A DNA stretch of 7,212 nt, from positions 1 to 7,212 of the forward strand of contig BAAFSQ010000413.1 of assembly GCA_054661495.1 (NCBI GenBank), in the 5' to 3' direction. The notes under the pieces were generated by a model that was given only the letters and a program-made list of their open reading frames with translations, was not told the DNA's origin and ran no database searches. Made by a program: the position numbers and the translations under genes. The DNA is from Zygophlyctis sp. KS116 (taxonomy: Eukaryota; Fungi; Chytridiomycota). Shown one piece after another: positions 6,750-7,212 of the stretch. The first letter of the stretch is position 1. Each line of letters opens with the position of its first letter.

Positions 6750-7212
6750 TTTAGGTGAACCAGAAATTTACAAAGTAGCCATGGAATCGGTTCATTAGGA
6801 TCAATGGTTCGAGGCCATGAAATCTGAGATGCAATCCATGTATGAAAACCAACCGTGGGAGTTGGTTTAATTGCCTCAAGGGAGGAAGATTGTTGATTGT
6901 AAATGGGTTTACAAAATAAAACAATGTGATCAGGGCAGACCACGGGGTGGATTTTGATGAAACATATGCACCGGTAGTAAAGTTTTCATCCATGCGAGTA
7001 TTTCTGATAAAAGCCATATTGATGAAAATGACAATCCATTTGATGGATGTAGTCACAGCATTTCTGAATGCACCGCTTGATGAAGAAATCTTCATGAGAC
7101 AAGCACTTAAAGCTGAAAATAATTGAACGATTTAATGTAGCAGTACCTGCGGATATGGTCAAGGCTAAGGGGAAGATCAAAAAGCTCAAACTCCGACTGA
7201 ATATTAAAGAGT
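6750..7212 (+). pseudogene. pol: Copia reverse transcriptase fragments (element B)
   Basis: N-terminal RVT_2 motifs are present. KARLV, LYGLKQ and YVDD are missing; the sequence jumps to KIIERFN at ~7115. Confidence 0.88.

Larger units (their letters stand above)
6200..7212 (+). mobile_element. Ty1/Copia LTR retrotransposon remnant B, internally deleted (gag fragment, linker, RT fragments); continues past the window
   Basis: Gag-like VEVHCDEVIHLMNELSDKGMTLASELSVCILLYSLPAELSKF; then EPEIYKVAM...WFEAMKSEMQSMYENQPWELV*LPQGRKIVDCKWVYKIK, GVDFDETYAPVVKFSSMR, MDVVTAFLNAPLDEEIFMRQ, then LKIIERFN. Confidence 0.92.

Noticed and set aside
6668-7189. ORFs 6668-6943(-), 6751-7095(-) and 6986-7189(-)
   Set aside because: Antisense shadows of Copia B RT with no recognisable motifs.
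1-7212. CRISPR array or other regularly spaced repeat
   Set aside because: No repeat-spacer periodicity seen; only isolated short direct and inverted repeats.

Overview
AT-rich eukaryotic (fungal-looking; host not identifiable from sequence alone) transposon graveyard with one intact host gene. From left to right: (1) the 3' part of a decayed Ty3/Gypsy LTR retrotransposon on + (RT, RNase H, HHCC and D,D35E integrase, GPY/F-like tail, no chromodomain), its polypurine tract, and a 284-bp 3' LTR bounded by TGTGA...TCACA (2696-2979); (2) only 6 bp after the LTR, an intact intronless tRNA-Ser(AGA) gene (2986-3067) with a Pol III T-run terminator; (3) about 1.2 kb of poorly interpretable DNA with possible decayed gene remnants on the - strand; (4) a decayed Ty1/Copia element on - (integrase tail, RT with YVDD, RNase H, PPT); (5) back-to-back with it, a second, different, heavily deleted Ty1/Copia element on + (gag fused to the RT linker). 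The best candidate for an undescribed system is tRNA-gene-targeted integration by a chromodomain-less Gypsy element whose RT looks chromoviral but whose integrase does not. This rests on a single locus. Secondary signals are a canonical branch point/splice acceptor in the LTR, a perfect 45-bp fold-back palindrome frameshifting the integrase, and deletion-dominated decay that removes catalytic motifs. Domain calls are motif recognition by eye, not database searches.
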